Shown here piece after piece: positions 50,321 through 50,626 of a stretch of DNA of 50,626 nucleotides. Position numbers and translations under genes: made by a program. This DNA comes from a bacterium (GTDB taxonomy: Bacteria > Patescibacteriota > Microgenomatia > UBA1406 > GWC2-37-13), in the NCBI GenBank assembly GCA_021789865.1, contig JAJYIX010000002.1:1-50626 (forward strand). The letters run 5' to 3'. The notes under the pieces are model-generated. The model did no database searches, was not told where the DNA came from, and was given only the letters and a program-made list of their open reading frames with translations. Positions within the stretch are counted from its first letter, which is position 1, and each line of letters begins with the position of its first letter.

Positions 50321-50626
50321 TCAAGGCAAATCTATAAGTTTTCCTTCAACATACTTCTTACTAAAAATTTTATTATTCAATTGATATTTTATATTTGCGA
50401 TTTTTACCACCCCAGGAGTAGGGTCAAAGCCTGGGATACCGTTTGATAAAGTAATATTAAGTTTATTATCTACAATAAAATTATTTAATTGATTAGTAAT
50501 ATCTATAAATACCGTACCGCTTCCGTACTCAGCCTTTATTATTTTAAATTTTTGACGCCCTAAAATAATAAATCTACTTATTCTATAAGTAACCCAAATT
50601 ATTATTATAAATAATATGATTGAGTA
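50321..50626 (-). CDS. Partial membrane protein with DUF3395-like C-terminal domain (starts beyond window; absent from ORF track)
   Basis: Hand translation: ...IILFIIIIWV...KIIKAEYGSGTVFIDITNQL...GFDPTPGVVKIANIKY...EGKLIDLP*. Confidence 0.65.
   Translation of the reverse strand, partial: YSIILFIIIIWVTYRISRFIILGRQKFKIIKAEYGSGTVFIDITNQLNNFIVDNKLNITLSNGIPGFDPTPGVVKIANIKYQLNNKIFSKKYVEGKLIDLP

Overview
Bacterial chromosomal window in standard code 11. Gene content and near-leaderless promoters suggest Patescibacteria/CPR, possibly Microgenomates (inference). 1-2.8 kb: DUF2130 protein, thiamine pyrophosphokinase, a TPP riboswitch controlling a Nudix-like gene, and tRNA-Gln(TTG). About 2.8-21.1 kb: an island beside the tRNA. 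It holds a serine recombinase and a ParB-methyltransferase/small terminase/large terminase operon with no recognisable capsid, portal or tail genes. Its AT-rich defence-like cargo is a Ymh/HEPN pair, a PLD-SNF2 helicase with an adenine MTase-TRD, a DUF3644 HEPN protein, a stand-alone tandem FtsK-gamma protein and a GIY-YIG nuclease preceded by bulged hairpins. At 21-25.7 kb and 48.5-50.6 kb, unrelated accessory genes are separated by a co-oriented palindromic repeat TTTACACCTCnGAGGTGG (6 copies) in a cassette-like layout. 25.7-48.5 kb is mostly housekeeping: dus, yggT, CNNM, a P-type ATPase with a leader terminator, dipZ, RRM, GH18, MGT glycosyltransferase, cyclophilin, glnA, a two-component system with a MacAB-like exporter, YibE/F and a secreted HNH nuclease. 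All family calls come from motif recognition by eye; no searches were run.
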